Assembly (NCBI RefSeq): GCF_006345805.1
Contig: NC_043011.1
Span: forward strand, 30,330,464 to 30,394,463
Direction of reading: 5' to 3'
Length of the DNA: 64,000 nt
Origin: Octopus sinensis
Taxonomy: Eukaryota
The position numbers and the translations under genes were made by a program. Positions within the stretch are counted from its first letter, which is position 1. The number at the start of each line of letters is the position of its first letter. The notes beneath the pieces are model-generated. The model was not told the origin of the DNA and made no database searches. It saw nothing but the letters and a program-made list of their open reading frames with translations. Positions 52,502-64,000 of this stretch are shown one piece after another.

Positions 52502-52819
52502 GAGGGCGCGTGGCTTAGTGGTTAGGGCATTCGGCTCATGATCGTAAGGTTGTGAGTTCGATTCCCGGCGACGCGTTGTGTCCTTGAGCAATACACTTTA
52601 TTTCACGTTGCTCCAGTTCACTCAGCTGGCAAAAATGAGTTGTACTTGTATTTCAAAGGGTCAGCCTTGTCACTCTCTGTGTCACGCTGATTATCCCCGA
52701 GAACTACGTTAAGGGTACACGTGTCTGTGGAATGCTCAGCCATTTGCACGTTAATTTCACGAGCAAGCTGTTCCGTTGATCGTATCAGCTGGGACCCTCG
52801 TCGTCGTAACCGGCGGAGT
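52502..52819 (+). mobile_element. Full-length SINE (head H2 + tail T1) in (TA)n
   Basis: TGGCTTAGTGG A-box, GAGTTCGATTCC B-box, core, T1 tail. Confidence 0.9.
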
Positions 52820-52820
52820 C

Positions 52821-52887
<67 letters not shown>

Positions 52888-52891
<4 letters not shown>

Positions 52892-53078
52892 ATCCAAACA
52901 AGAAAGCACAAAAAACACACAACGCCAGGACGCGGAATAAATATAGTATTATTGAACGCTCAGGAAAGAAGGAAAGAAGGAGGGTTTAACGTTTCGAGCG
53001 GAGCTCTTCGTTGTAAACATAAGAGAAGGGAAGATCCAGAGAAGGGAAGACAGGGGAAAAAAATCGCCAACGGTACAC
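52888..53078 (-). mobile_element. Penelope-like terminal-repeat fragment with a decayed hammerhead (52984-53018)
   Basis: GUUU-ACAACGA-A-GAGC-UCC-GCUC-GAAA-CG-UU-AAAC; absent from the duplicated empty site at ~55385. Confidence 0.55.
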
Positions 53079-55524
53079 ACATATATATAAAGATACGTAG
53101 ATACATACATTAATACATGCACATACGTGCATACATACGTACATACATACATACACACACATACATACAAACACATACGTACATACACATACATACGTAC
53201 ATACATACACACTTTCATGCATACATACATACATACATGCATACATACATGCATACATAAACACATACATACATACATACATACATACATACATACATAC
53301 ATACATACATACATACATACATACATACATACATCACATACATACATACATACATAAACACATACATACATACATACATACATACATACATACATACGTA
53401 CATACATACATACATACATGCATAAACACATACATACATACATACATACATACATACATACACACTTTCATGCATACATACATACATACATACATGCATA
53501 CATACATGCATACATAAACACATACATACATACATATACAAACATACATACATACATGCATACTTACATACATGCATACATACGAAAGGTGGTTCAAAGT
53601 TCCAGGTTTTGGGTAAAATAAAGTTCAGGAAAACCAGTTAATTTTGATTTTATTCACCATATTTACCTCTCAGATTCACACACTTATTGCAGTAGTCCTT
53701 CAGTTTTTCTTAGGCCTGTAAAAGAACTCGAAAGTTTGGGACTTAAAATCAAGCCTTTCGCGAAGCCCTTAAAGCCAGGAACTTTTCAGTATCAATCTCC
53801 ACTCACACACACACACACACACATAGACAAACGCACACACATAGACAAACGCGCACACATAGACAAACACACACACACATAGACGCACACACAAACACAT
53901 TGACACACACACATAGACACACACACATAGACACACACACATAGACACACACTCATACACACACACACAGACACACACAAACACATACCGTCTTATTTGT
54001 ACGGACACTACCTGCTGTTTCAAACTTGTTAATGCATTATTCAATTTTCTTTCATAGAGTGTATTGTGGGTTTGTCTGAGAGTGGACTTAGACAGCATGA
54101 GATTGCAGAAATCCATGGGTTTCCTCTTGTGTGTGTGTGTGTGTGTGTGTGCGTGTGTGTGTGTGTGTGTTTGTGTGTGTTTGTGTGTGTTGTGTGTGTG
54201 TGTGTGTGTGTGTGTTGTGTGTGTGTGTGTGTGTGTGTGCGTCTGTGTGTTTGCATCTATGTATGCATTTATGCATACATATGCACACACACATACGCAT
54301 ACACAAACCTACACAGATATCACAAAACAAAATGGACGCCATCATTATTGAAAGATTTATAAATACATAGATGCAAGCATACACACATACACACACACAC
54401 ATGCACACAAACACACAAATACAAGGTATGTGTGTGTGTCTATGAGTGTGTGTGTGTGTGTGTCAGTGTGTGTGTCTATGAGTGTGTGTGTGTCGATGTA
54501 TGTGTGTGTGTGTCTATGTGTGCGTGTGTCTATGTGCGTGTGTATGCCATGAAGTTTGGTTGTTTTTGTGTGTGATGTGTGTGCTTGTATCTATATTACT
54601 TTTCAGCATTCACTCTCACAAACACACACATACACACTCATACATGCACACACACACATACACACACACACACACACATAGACAAGCACACGCACACATT
54701 ATACCGTCTTATTTGTGCCGACACTACCTGCTGCTTCAAACTTGTTAATGTATTATTAAGTTTTATTTTAAAGAGAGTGTATTATGGCTTTGTCTGAGGG
54801 TGGACTTAGCCAGCATGAGATTGCAGAATTCTATGGGATTCCTCTTGCTACAATTTACAGGGTGATTGTGCATTTAACCAACAAAGAATAACAATCAATA
54901 GCATGGTGCTCAGTTCGACCCGGGCCTTCTGACAAGCAACTTCGTTCTGTCAGGTGGATTGTTGAAAATAATCTCAGTTGTAAGACAACCGACGATGCAA
55001 ATCAACTCCAAACGAATCGGAGTTCTTCTGTGAAGCATCTCCATCAACTTCGTTACTATGGCAGTGCAGCTGGAAGAAAACCTCTTCTTCGGCCAGGATA
55101 TATGGAAAGAAGAAAGGAGAAATAAATCTTTCAGTAATGATGGCGTTTATTTTCTTTTGCGATATCTGTGTGGGTTTATGTATGTGTGCATGCATATGTA
55201 TGTATAAATTCATACATAGCTGCAAGCACACACACATCACGGGCATACACACGCACACATATATATCGGAAGACTCTCGAGTCGAAGATACAGGTGATCA
55301 GAAATCCAGAGAGGACTCAATACAAGTTAAAGGCCGTGGAATTAACGAAAGAAGGGGTACTTTGTTACACAAGAAATCTGTAAAATATAAATATATATAA
55401 AGATACGTAGATACACAGATTAATACATATACACATATGTATACGTACATACATGCATACATACACACACACATACATACATACATACATATATACATAC
55501 ATACATAATACATACACACATACA

Positions 55525-55558
<34 letters not shown>

Positions 55559-56355
55559 CATACATACATAATACATACATACATACGTACGTACGTACGT
55601 ACATACATACATACACATACATACATACATACATACATGTACACATACATACATACACATACATACATACATACATAATACATACATACATACGTACGTA
55701 CGTACATACATACATACATATATACATACTTACACACACATACATACACACATACATACATACATACATATATGCATACAAACATAATACATACATACAT
55801 ACGTACGTACGTACGTACATACATACATACACATACATACATACATACATACACACATACATACATACATACATACATAGATACATACATAATACATACA
55901 TACATACGTACGTACGTACGTACATACATACATACATACGTACGTACGTACATACATACATACATACATACATCGCTACATACATACATACTACACATAC
56001 ATACATACATACATACATACATACCACAGCATACATACATACATACGTACATACATACATACATACATACATACATACTACATACATACATACATACATA
56101 CGAAGGGTAGTGAAAAGTTCTTGTCTTTGGGTAAAAGAAAGTACAGGATAATCAGTTATTTATAATTTTATTCAACACACTCACCTCTCCAATTCAGTTT
56201 TTTCTAAGGCCTGTAAAAAAAGTCAGAAGTTTGGGCCTCCAAACCAAGCTCTTCGCGACACCCTTAAAGCCAGGAACTTTTCAGCATCCCCTTATGCACA
56301 TACACACACACACAGACACACAAACACAGACACACAGACACACACACACACACAC

Positions 56356-56402
<47 letters not shown>

Positions 56403-56478
56403 CACACACATACACACACACACACACTCTCAAACACACACACACAAACACACACGCGCATACACGCATATCTATACC

Positions 56479-56706
56479 TATTTCTTTATTACCCACAAGG
56501 GGCTAAACACAGAGGGGACAAACAAGGACAGACATATGTATTAAGTCGATTACATCGACCCCAGTGCGTAACTGGTACTCAATTTATCGACCCCGAAAGG
56601 ATGAAAGGCAAAGTCGACCTCGGCGGAATTCGAACTCACAACGTAACGCAGACGAAATATCGCTAAGCATTTTGCCCGGCGTCCTAACGTTTCTGCCAGC
56701 TCGCCG
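56479..56706 (-). mobile_element. Monomeric Nin-type SINE with TSD
   Basis: TSD CGCATATCTATACC at 56465-56478 and 56705-56718. Confidence 0.9.
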
Positions 56707-56850
56707 CATATCTATACCATTTAACCACTTTTCGGATCCAGTTTACCTCGCTTTCAGCTTGGATATCAGCGATGATGTTGACAAAGTGAAGAATTGACTG
56801 AAACTTTAGCATCTCATGCTACCTGCTTCATTCCTAATAAGAAATCTTAC

Positions 56851-56935
<85 letters not shown>

Positions 56936-57643
56936 TATGTATATATACATATATATATGCATATATACACACACACACATATATATATATATAATACATA
57001 CACACACACACACACACACATACATATATATATATACACACATATGTATATGTATACTCACCTAAATGGCCGCGTTAATTACTTCAGACAGCCACACTAC
57101 TCCTTTGCCATGTCTAAAATTTTGCATCAAAGAAAAAGACAAGCAACTTTCATTTTAGCTCTGGAGGCCTAACAATATTTCAAGGCTGGACTGGAGAGAG
57201 AAGAACTAAAGGAAAGTTGTCTTGTCTGGAAGGCGACAGTGGTGAATCAAATGAAAATAAATTCATTGATAAAGAATGCTACTAGGTATTAAATAGAGAT
57301 AATTAGCGGTGTTTATTAATCTTATAATTAATTTTGAAACGGTGTATGCAGATTTGAGTTTCATTACCTTGAAAGAAGACACCAAACCACCAAGACATAT
57401 CACCAACCCTACCACCACCACACCACCACCACCACCACTACCAAGACGACGCATCACATGAATCTCGCTATGTTGGCTACAATCATCACCATCACAATAA
57501 GCTCGACACCACTATGTCCGCCATCATATTTGCCACTATCGCTGCAATCGGTATCATCCTTACCCACGTTATTCTCTCTCTTTATCGTTATAGTCAGGAT
57601 TACTAAAATTCTGTCCTCCTCCTCCTCCTCCTCCTCCTCCTCC

Positions 57644-57674
<31 letters not shown>

Positions 57675-57690
57675 AATCATCATCATCATC

Positions 57691-57740
<50 letters not shown>

Positions 57741-58021
57741 ATTCACCACCACTACCACCACCACCACCACCATCATCATTACTCTAATCTCTAGCGTTTT
57801 TATCGTTTTCTTTTCCATCTGTAACATCATCGTTCCCATCGTAATGATCATATATATAATGCTGATGATGTTGTTCATGATGATGATGATGATGATTGAT
57901 GATGATGATCCTCGCTGCCATCGTTACCAATATCTTCTTCATCTTTATTATCACTAGCTTTCTGCTTCAAGCTTGGCAAAGCGTATAAATGCAAATTATT
58001 GACGCGAGCATGTTGGCGCTG

Positions 58022-58058
<37 letters not shown>

Positions 58059-59121
58059 TACACACACACACGCACGCATACACACACACGCACACTCGCA
58101 AACACACACACACACACACACACATACACACATACATATATACATGCACACGCACACAAGGATTGTACGTCTCGCCCCTGTGCACTTGTCACACTTCGAT
58201 AATAGAATTCACGGTTGATTTCTGCTTTCTGCATTGGTTTACAAATCTGAAGATATCTTTCTCTCATTCCTTCACTCACACTCGCTCCCTCACTCACTCA
58301 CTGACTCACTCACTCACTCACCCACTTACTCACTCGCTCACTCTCTCTCTGTGTCTCTCTTCGCTGCGGTAATCTCCCACTTGTTTTGAATGATGTCAAA
58401 ACACATTCCGATTATACTTCAGGACATCTTTGTATCAGAGGTTCAGGCATGCATGAATGCGTGATGAAAGCTGTGGTGTCTTTAGCCTCGCGTAATAGCA
58501 AAAGAAAAAAAAAAAAAACAAAATAGAAAAAAAAACCCAATAAAAATACGTCATAAATACATCACGTAATCACGTAAGTCTGTACAATCCACACGTAATT
58601 CCTAACTGTAATAATTCTACTTCATCGTACATAATAACGGTAATAACTCTACTTCGAGTGTTACGTGGACAACATGTTCAGTGACAGATCAACTAAATGT
58701 CAAACGTTTTTCTTGTATGAAGCGCATTCGAGGAGTCAATGCAATGGCAAATATCACTTCATCGGGTGAAATGTGTGTGCAACTGGAAAAACACAGGGTT
58801 TCTTGTTTTACGGTGGTTTATACATACATGTAGACAGACAGACACACACACACACATACACACGCACATACTGTTATATGGATAGGATGTTCGGTCTAAA
58901 TCCGAGGACTTTTTATGTCTCTTTTATTTCCAGGAACAGATTAATGTATTGGTAGACACTCAACGGCGTTGGAGAACATAAACATTTAAATTGTATTTGA
59001 AAAAAAAAAACAAAAAAACTTACCCAACATGGAGGGCTGGAAGCTATCAGAATATTGGAAAATGTTTACGTGTACCATGGTGATTCGTGCCCCGTATCAA
59101 AATACCGACATGCTGTTGAAT

Positions 59122-59450
59122 ACTATAGCCTCGAGCCGACCAAAGCTTTGTGAGTGGATTTGCTAGACGGAAACTGAAAGAAGCCCATCGTATATATGTA
59201 TATATATATATATATGTATGTGTGTGTATATGTTTGTGTGTCTGTGCTTGTCCCTACCCCCCGCCAACAGCGCATGACAACCAATGCTGGTGTGTTTACG
59301 TTCCAGTAACTTAGCGGTTCGGCAATAGAGACCGATAGAATAAGTACTAGGCTTACAAAGAATAAGTCCGGGGGGTCGCTTTGCTCGACTAAAGGCGGTG
59401 CTCCAGCATAGCCACAGTAAAATGACTGAAACAAGTTAAAGAGTAAAAGA
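59122..59450 (+). mobile_element. 5'-truncated CORE-type SINE
   Basis: Body and tail match 11205-11490. Confidence 0.85.
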
Positions 59451-60159
59451 ATATTCCGGATGTTGCTCTCGTTTTCAATTTGAACTCGGAACTGCTCTCC
59501 TAAAAATTAAAAGAGGTAGTAAAAATGCGCCTAGTTGCATAGATGCAAAGTTTCTCATTTGATAGACTTTTAGCTTTAAAAAATTTGAATTTAAATGGAC
59601 ATTATCTAGGAGTGTTAGATATACGACCAATCACTCTTGGATCATAAGCACCAAGCTATAGAGTTTTATAGTGTCAGAGGAGATAATCTGACTGGACATT
59701 ATATTTAGATTTACAGCTTGTGACACTGCTACGAACTAGGCGTAATAGCGAAAACCAATTGGTCAGTTTGACTGTATACCTTTAGTTTATAGGTTAACTC
59801 TTTTACAAACGAAAGACGATGTGATAGAAAGATGCACGTACACATCATACATAAATACATACATACATGCATGTGTACATACATATGTAAATATATGCGC
59901 GTGTATATTTGCATGAGATTAAGTATGTGTGTTGTGTGTGTGTTGTGTGTGTGTGTGTGTGTTACACACGCTGACATATGACCAACATTGAACCCTTATT
60001 CGCAAAATCACCAAAATTGAAATTAACTATGGTCTATCTATAGCACTTATTCAGCATTACTTGACACCTTTGGGTCCCAATGACCCATTATCTCTCATAA
60101 CATATGTATGTATGTGTTGTATGTATGTATGTATGTATGTATGTAGGTATGTATGTTTG

Positions 60160-60204
<45 letters not shown>

Positions 60205-61048
60205 GTATATATATATTATACATATATATACGTATGTATATGTGCCCATTTGTGTATACATACACACAATACATGTACATATGTGTGTGCATCTATATAT
60301 TTATCCCTCTCACTATATATATATATATATATATAATTTGTATATGTATTTATATATCTGCATGTGGGTGTATTTCGGGGGTTGGATGGGGCGGAGATTC
60401 CTATGTGTATATATATATATCCATAAATCCACTTGGCAGAAACGAAAAAAAGAACAACGAAAAAAAAAAAAAAACAAAAAACACTTTCAACTATTTAAAA
60501 CGAGGCAGTGACGTCATAGACGCTATTAATATAAATACAAACTACTCACGTAAAGTCCCCGCAGGAATGTCATGGCGATTGCCAGCTTGTTAAAAACTCT
60601 CCCTCTTCATTCTTTCGTTTCGTCTTTCTTGCTTTCCTTTCCGCTCTTTCTTTATCTTTTCTGCTGCGTTTCACCTTTTACATTCACACTACTTGAATTT
60701 ATTGCTCATACTCGTCAACAAGTAATAAATCCAAGCACAAAATTGCTCAAACACAATTTGCTCAAGTATATACATACATTTATATACACACATTTATATA
60801 CAAACATATGTACTTTGATACATAAGGACATATACGCCCCATATATATATCTGTGTTTCTTTGGGAGTCTGTGTGTGTATAAATATATGTGTGTATGTCT
60901 GTATGTATGTATATATGTGCATGCATGCATAAATATTTGTATACATACATACTTACATGTAAATGTGTGTATGTATGTATAGTTGTTCATTTGCATACGT
61001 ACATGTGATGCCTTCTACTTCGATGTACATATGTAATATATGCATCAA

Positions 61049-61117
<69 letters not shown>

Positions 61118-61224
61118 ACTAGATATATACACCCACACACTTACACCTACAGATATGATAATAATAATAATAATAATAGTAATAATAATATAATAATAAT
61201 AATAATATAATACTAATAATAATA

Positions 61225-61306
<82 letters not shown>

Positions 61307-61420
61307 TATATATTTATATTCCTTTTTGGTTTTATTTGAGTATAGCCGCCTTCGATACATCATATAACACACACACACATACATATATATGTATACATGT
61401 ATATATACATACATACATAC

Positions 61421-61469
<49 letters not shown>

Positions 61470-61602
61470 CTATATATATATATATATATACATATATACG
61501 AGGGTTGTTTGAAAAGTTCAGAGCCTTCAAGGCTTTTGGAGCCTTGAAGTCTTGTACCATGTTTTGCATATATATATATATATATATAATATATATATAT
61601 AT

Positions 61603-61680
<78 letters not shown>

Positions 61681-61699
61681 TGCAGCGTGGAAGGTATTT

Positions 61700-61828
61700 A
61701 TAAGCCATTTAAGTAAAACAACAAAAAAAAACCCAGTTAGATTCACTTCAACATTTAAATTCAGTTTGTGTCAATATATTTTCGTCGCTTTGAAACCGCG
61801 ACCTGTTCGCTGACAAAATTTCGTGCTA
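61700..61828 (-). mobile_element. Penelope-like fragment with a variant hammerhead-like fold (61769-61815)
   Basis: UGUCA-GCGAACA-G-GUCGC-loop-GCGAC-GAAA-AUAUAU-UGACA next to (TA)n. Confidence 0.45.
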
Positions 61829-62053
61829 TGTATTCGAATGTATCATAACATACATATGGATACATTTAGACAATGCATATATATGCACGCACATACACCG
61901 ATATATATAAATACACACACTCTCACTCTCTCTCATGTAAATGCTTTAAATGTTTATATTTATATATTAATATTCGTTAGTGATCATTTCCGAAAAAGAA
62001 AGTTGTATCTGTGTCATCAATAAACTGTTATTTCTATTTTTTATTTTTGTTTA

Positions 62054-62345
62054 TGCGCCCTTTTCATGCCTAGCCTGGCTCATGGGCCTGGTTTCCCGGT
62101 TTCTATGGCGGACGAGACGCCAGTCCATTGCAGCGTTACTCAAGAAACAGGAAAAAAGAGTGAGAGAAAGTTGGAGCAAAAGAGTAAAACAGGTGTCGCC
62201 CCACCCCCCCCCCCTGCCGGAGCATCGTGGAGCTTTAGGTGTTTTCGCTCAATAAACACACACAGCGCCCGGTCTGGGAATCGAAACCGCAGTCCTCCGA
62301 CCGCGATGTCCGCTGCCCTAACCACTAGGCCATTGCACCTTCCCC
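62054..62345 (-). mobile_element. SINE (head H1 + tail T2)
   Basis: H1 head/body as in 8340-8531; tail matches 6058-6160. Confidence 0.8.
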
Positions 62346-62874
62346 CCAGCTATTTCTATATGATCTATTATATGCATACAGACATTAACTTCTGAAATAT
62401 TCTACGTAAAATAGCAAAATATATCTAGACGGGTTTGGACAAAGAGGGTAGATAAATGTTCTACTAAGTGCAAGCTGGGACTTAATCAATCCACCAATCC
62501 TGGCAGGGTCAATCAGGCCAGGTGATCAGGCGTTGAAAGATCGATACGCACTAGGGCTACAATAACGTCAACGATGATGCGTCCCGGAGAGTTCGTGGGC
62601 TGACTCAAGGAACACGCACACACACACACACACACGCACGCGCGCGCGCACACACACACATTTATATACACGATGGACTTCTTTTAGTTTCCGTCAACCA
62701 AATCTACTCACAAGGCTTTGGTCGGCCAGAGGCTATAGCAGAAAACACCTGTCCAAGGTGCCACGAAGTGGGACTGAACCCGGACCCAAGTGAATGGGAT
62801 GCAAGTTTCTTATCATACAGCTAAAGCAAAAATCTACTTCAATAATAAACAGTAACGTGTGTGTGTGTGCGTGC

Positions 62875-62907
<33 letters not shown>

Positions 62908-63012
62908 CGTGCGTGCGTGTGTGCGTGTGTGTGTGTGTAATCTGAGTTACAGGGAGAGAAATTGCAGGAAGAGCAAACGAGCACATCATGCTTACATATT
63001 TGCTCACGTATA

Positions 63013-63076
<64 letters not shown>

Positions 63077-63214
63077 AGAAGCATATATTGATTAATATCA
63101 TTTCTACTCTAGGCACAAGGTCTTGAAATTTCCCCTGGTGCATAACTGGTACTTATTTCATCGACCCCGAAAGGATGAAAGGCAAAGTTGACCTTGGCGG
63201 AATTTGAACTCAGC

Positions 63215-63600
63215 ATATATCGTTCAATATCATCGTCATCGTAGTGGTCGTCCGGCCGCCTTCCTTTGGCCGAGAAAGCAGGCAGTGTTTCGTGATCTGA
63301 TAGCTTCAGCAAAAGAAGCCGTGTGGTGGACAAGATTGAAAGGGTTAAACACATATACTATCTTGTTTGGCCAAGACCTCATCAACTTTTTCAAGTTTCG
63401 CCTGAAAAGGAAAGTGAGGGTAGAGAGGGAAGTGTTGCCTCCCAGCAATTTTATTAAAAGTTGGGTGAGTGCTGCATGAAGGTCCAAGTGAACGGGCCTG
63501 CTCTAAGCATTCGCCTGTAGGTTGAAGAAAGACGATGTCAAGTGGGCACTTTCCCTTAGTGGCTAGGGCGTCTATGGTTTTGTGGGATCTCTACGAGTTG
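63215..63600 (+). pseudogene. 3' end of a Tx1/L1-like LINE ORF2
   Basis: AKEAVWWTRLKG...FFKFRLKRKVRVERE...FIKSW resembles Tx1-clade C-termini. Confidence 0.55.
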
Positions 63601-63801
63601 CTCTAGGAAGTCTGCTCTTTTAGGAAATTATTTATTGTTATAATTTAAATCGCTGCTGTTTTTTTACTTTTTACACGCCTTTTATATAACCCCACATTGC
63701 ATTGTCCCATACTGTCCCCAATACTACTTTTTGTGAACCTATAGTGGTTAATAAAGAAAACATTATTATTATTATTAATATTATTGTTATCATTTTTATC
63801 A

Positions 63802-64000
63802 AGGCGGCGAGCTGGCAGAGTCGTTAGCACGCCGGGCAAAATGCCTAACAGCATTTCTTTATGCTCTGAGTTCGAATTCCGCCGAGGTCTACTTTGCTTT
63901 TCATCCTTTTGGGGTTGATAAAATAAGTACCAGTTGAACACTGGGGTCGATGTAATCGACTCATCCCCTCCCCCCAAAACTGCTGTCCTTGTGGAAAAAT
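63802..64000 (+). mobile_element. Nin-type SINE (runs to the window edge)
   Basis: GGCGGCGAGCTGGCAGAG head, GAGTTCGAATTCC, TTTCATCCTTTTGGGGTTGATAAA. Confidence 0.88.

Larger units (their letters stand above)
52090..56296. repeat. Complex local duplication containing three copies of a Tc1 transposase N-terminal fragment and two mariner MITEs
   Basis: Shared blocks 52090-52268 / 53985-54128 / 54677-54853 ([12 protein letters not shown]), 52365-52488 / 55260-55384, 53581-53795 / 56099-56296. Confidence 0.85.

Overview
AT-rich, extremely microsatellite-dense eukaryotic (animal) DNA with no confidently identifiable host protein-coding gene. The repeat repertoire (tRNA-derived CORE- and Nin/Deu-type SINEs, dense (TACA)n/(TATC)n/(TA)n/(CA)n/(TAA)n tracts, R4/Dong, CR1 and Tx1 LINE remnants, mariner/Tc1/pogo derivatives, a Helitron and a Helentron-type element) strongly suggests an octopus intronic or intergenic region; this is inference from family recognition, not a search. 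Almost all ORFs in the supplied track are microsatellite or SINE artefacts. The only long real ORF (27316-28773) is a dead R4/Dong-type RT-RLE retrotransposon sitting in (TAA)n. Most notable observations: (1) four unrelated small non-coding elements in (TA)-rich tracts, each with a minimal type I hammerhead-ribozyme motif (two near-intact, one with an apparent G3-C8 core swap, one decayed); two have Penelope-like inverted/partial-tandem architecture. (2) SINE multimers always joined at the same base just after the loop of the tRNA-like hairpin and bracketed by single TSDs. (3) Repeated inverted, locally templated insertions, including a 199/199-bp perfect inverted copy 2.6 kb away. (4) Combinatorial head/tail shuffling of SINEs and a SINE tail shared with a CR1 LINE. 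(5) A few unique islands with clustered TF motifs that may be host regulatory elements. All alignments and folds were done by eye.
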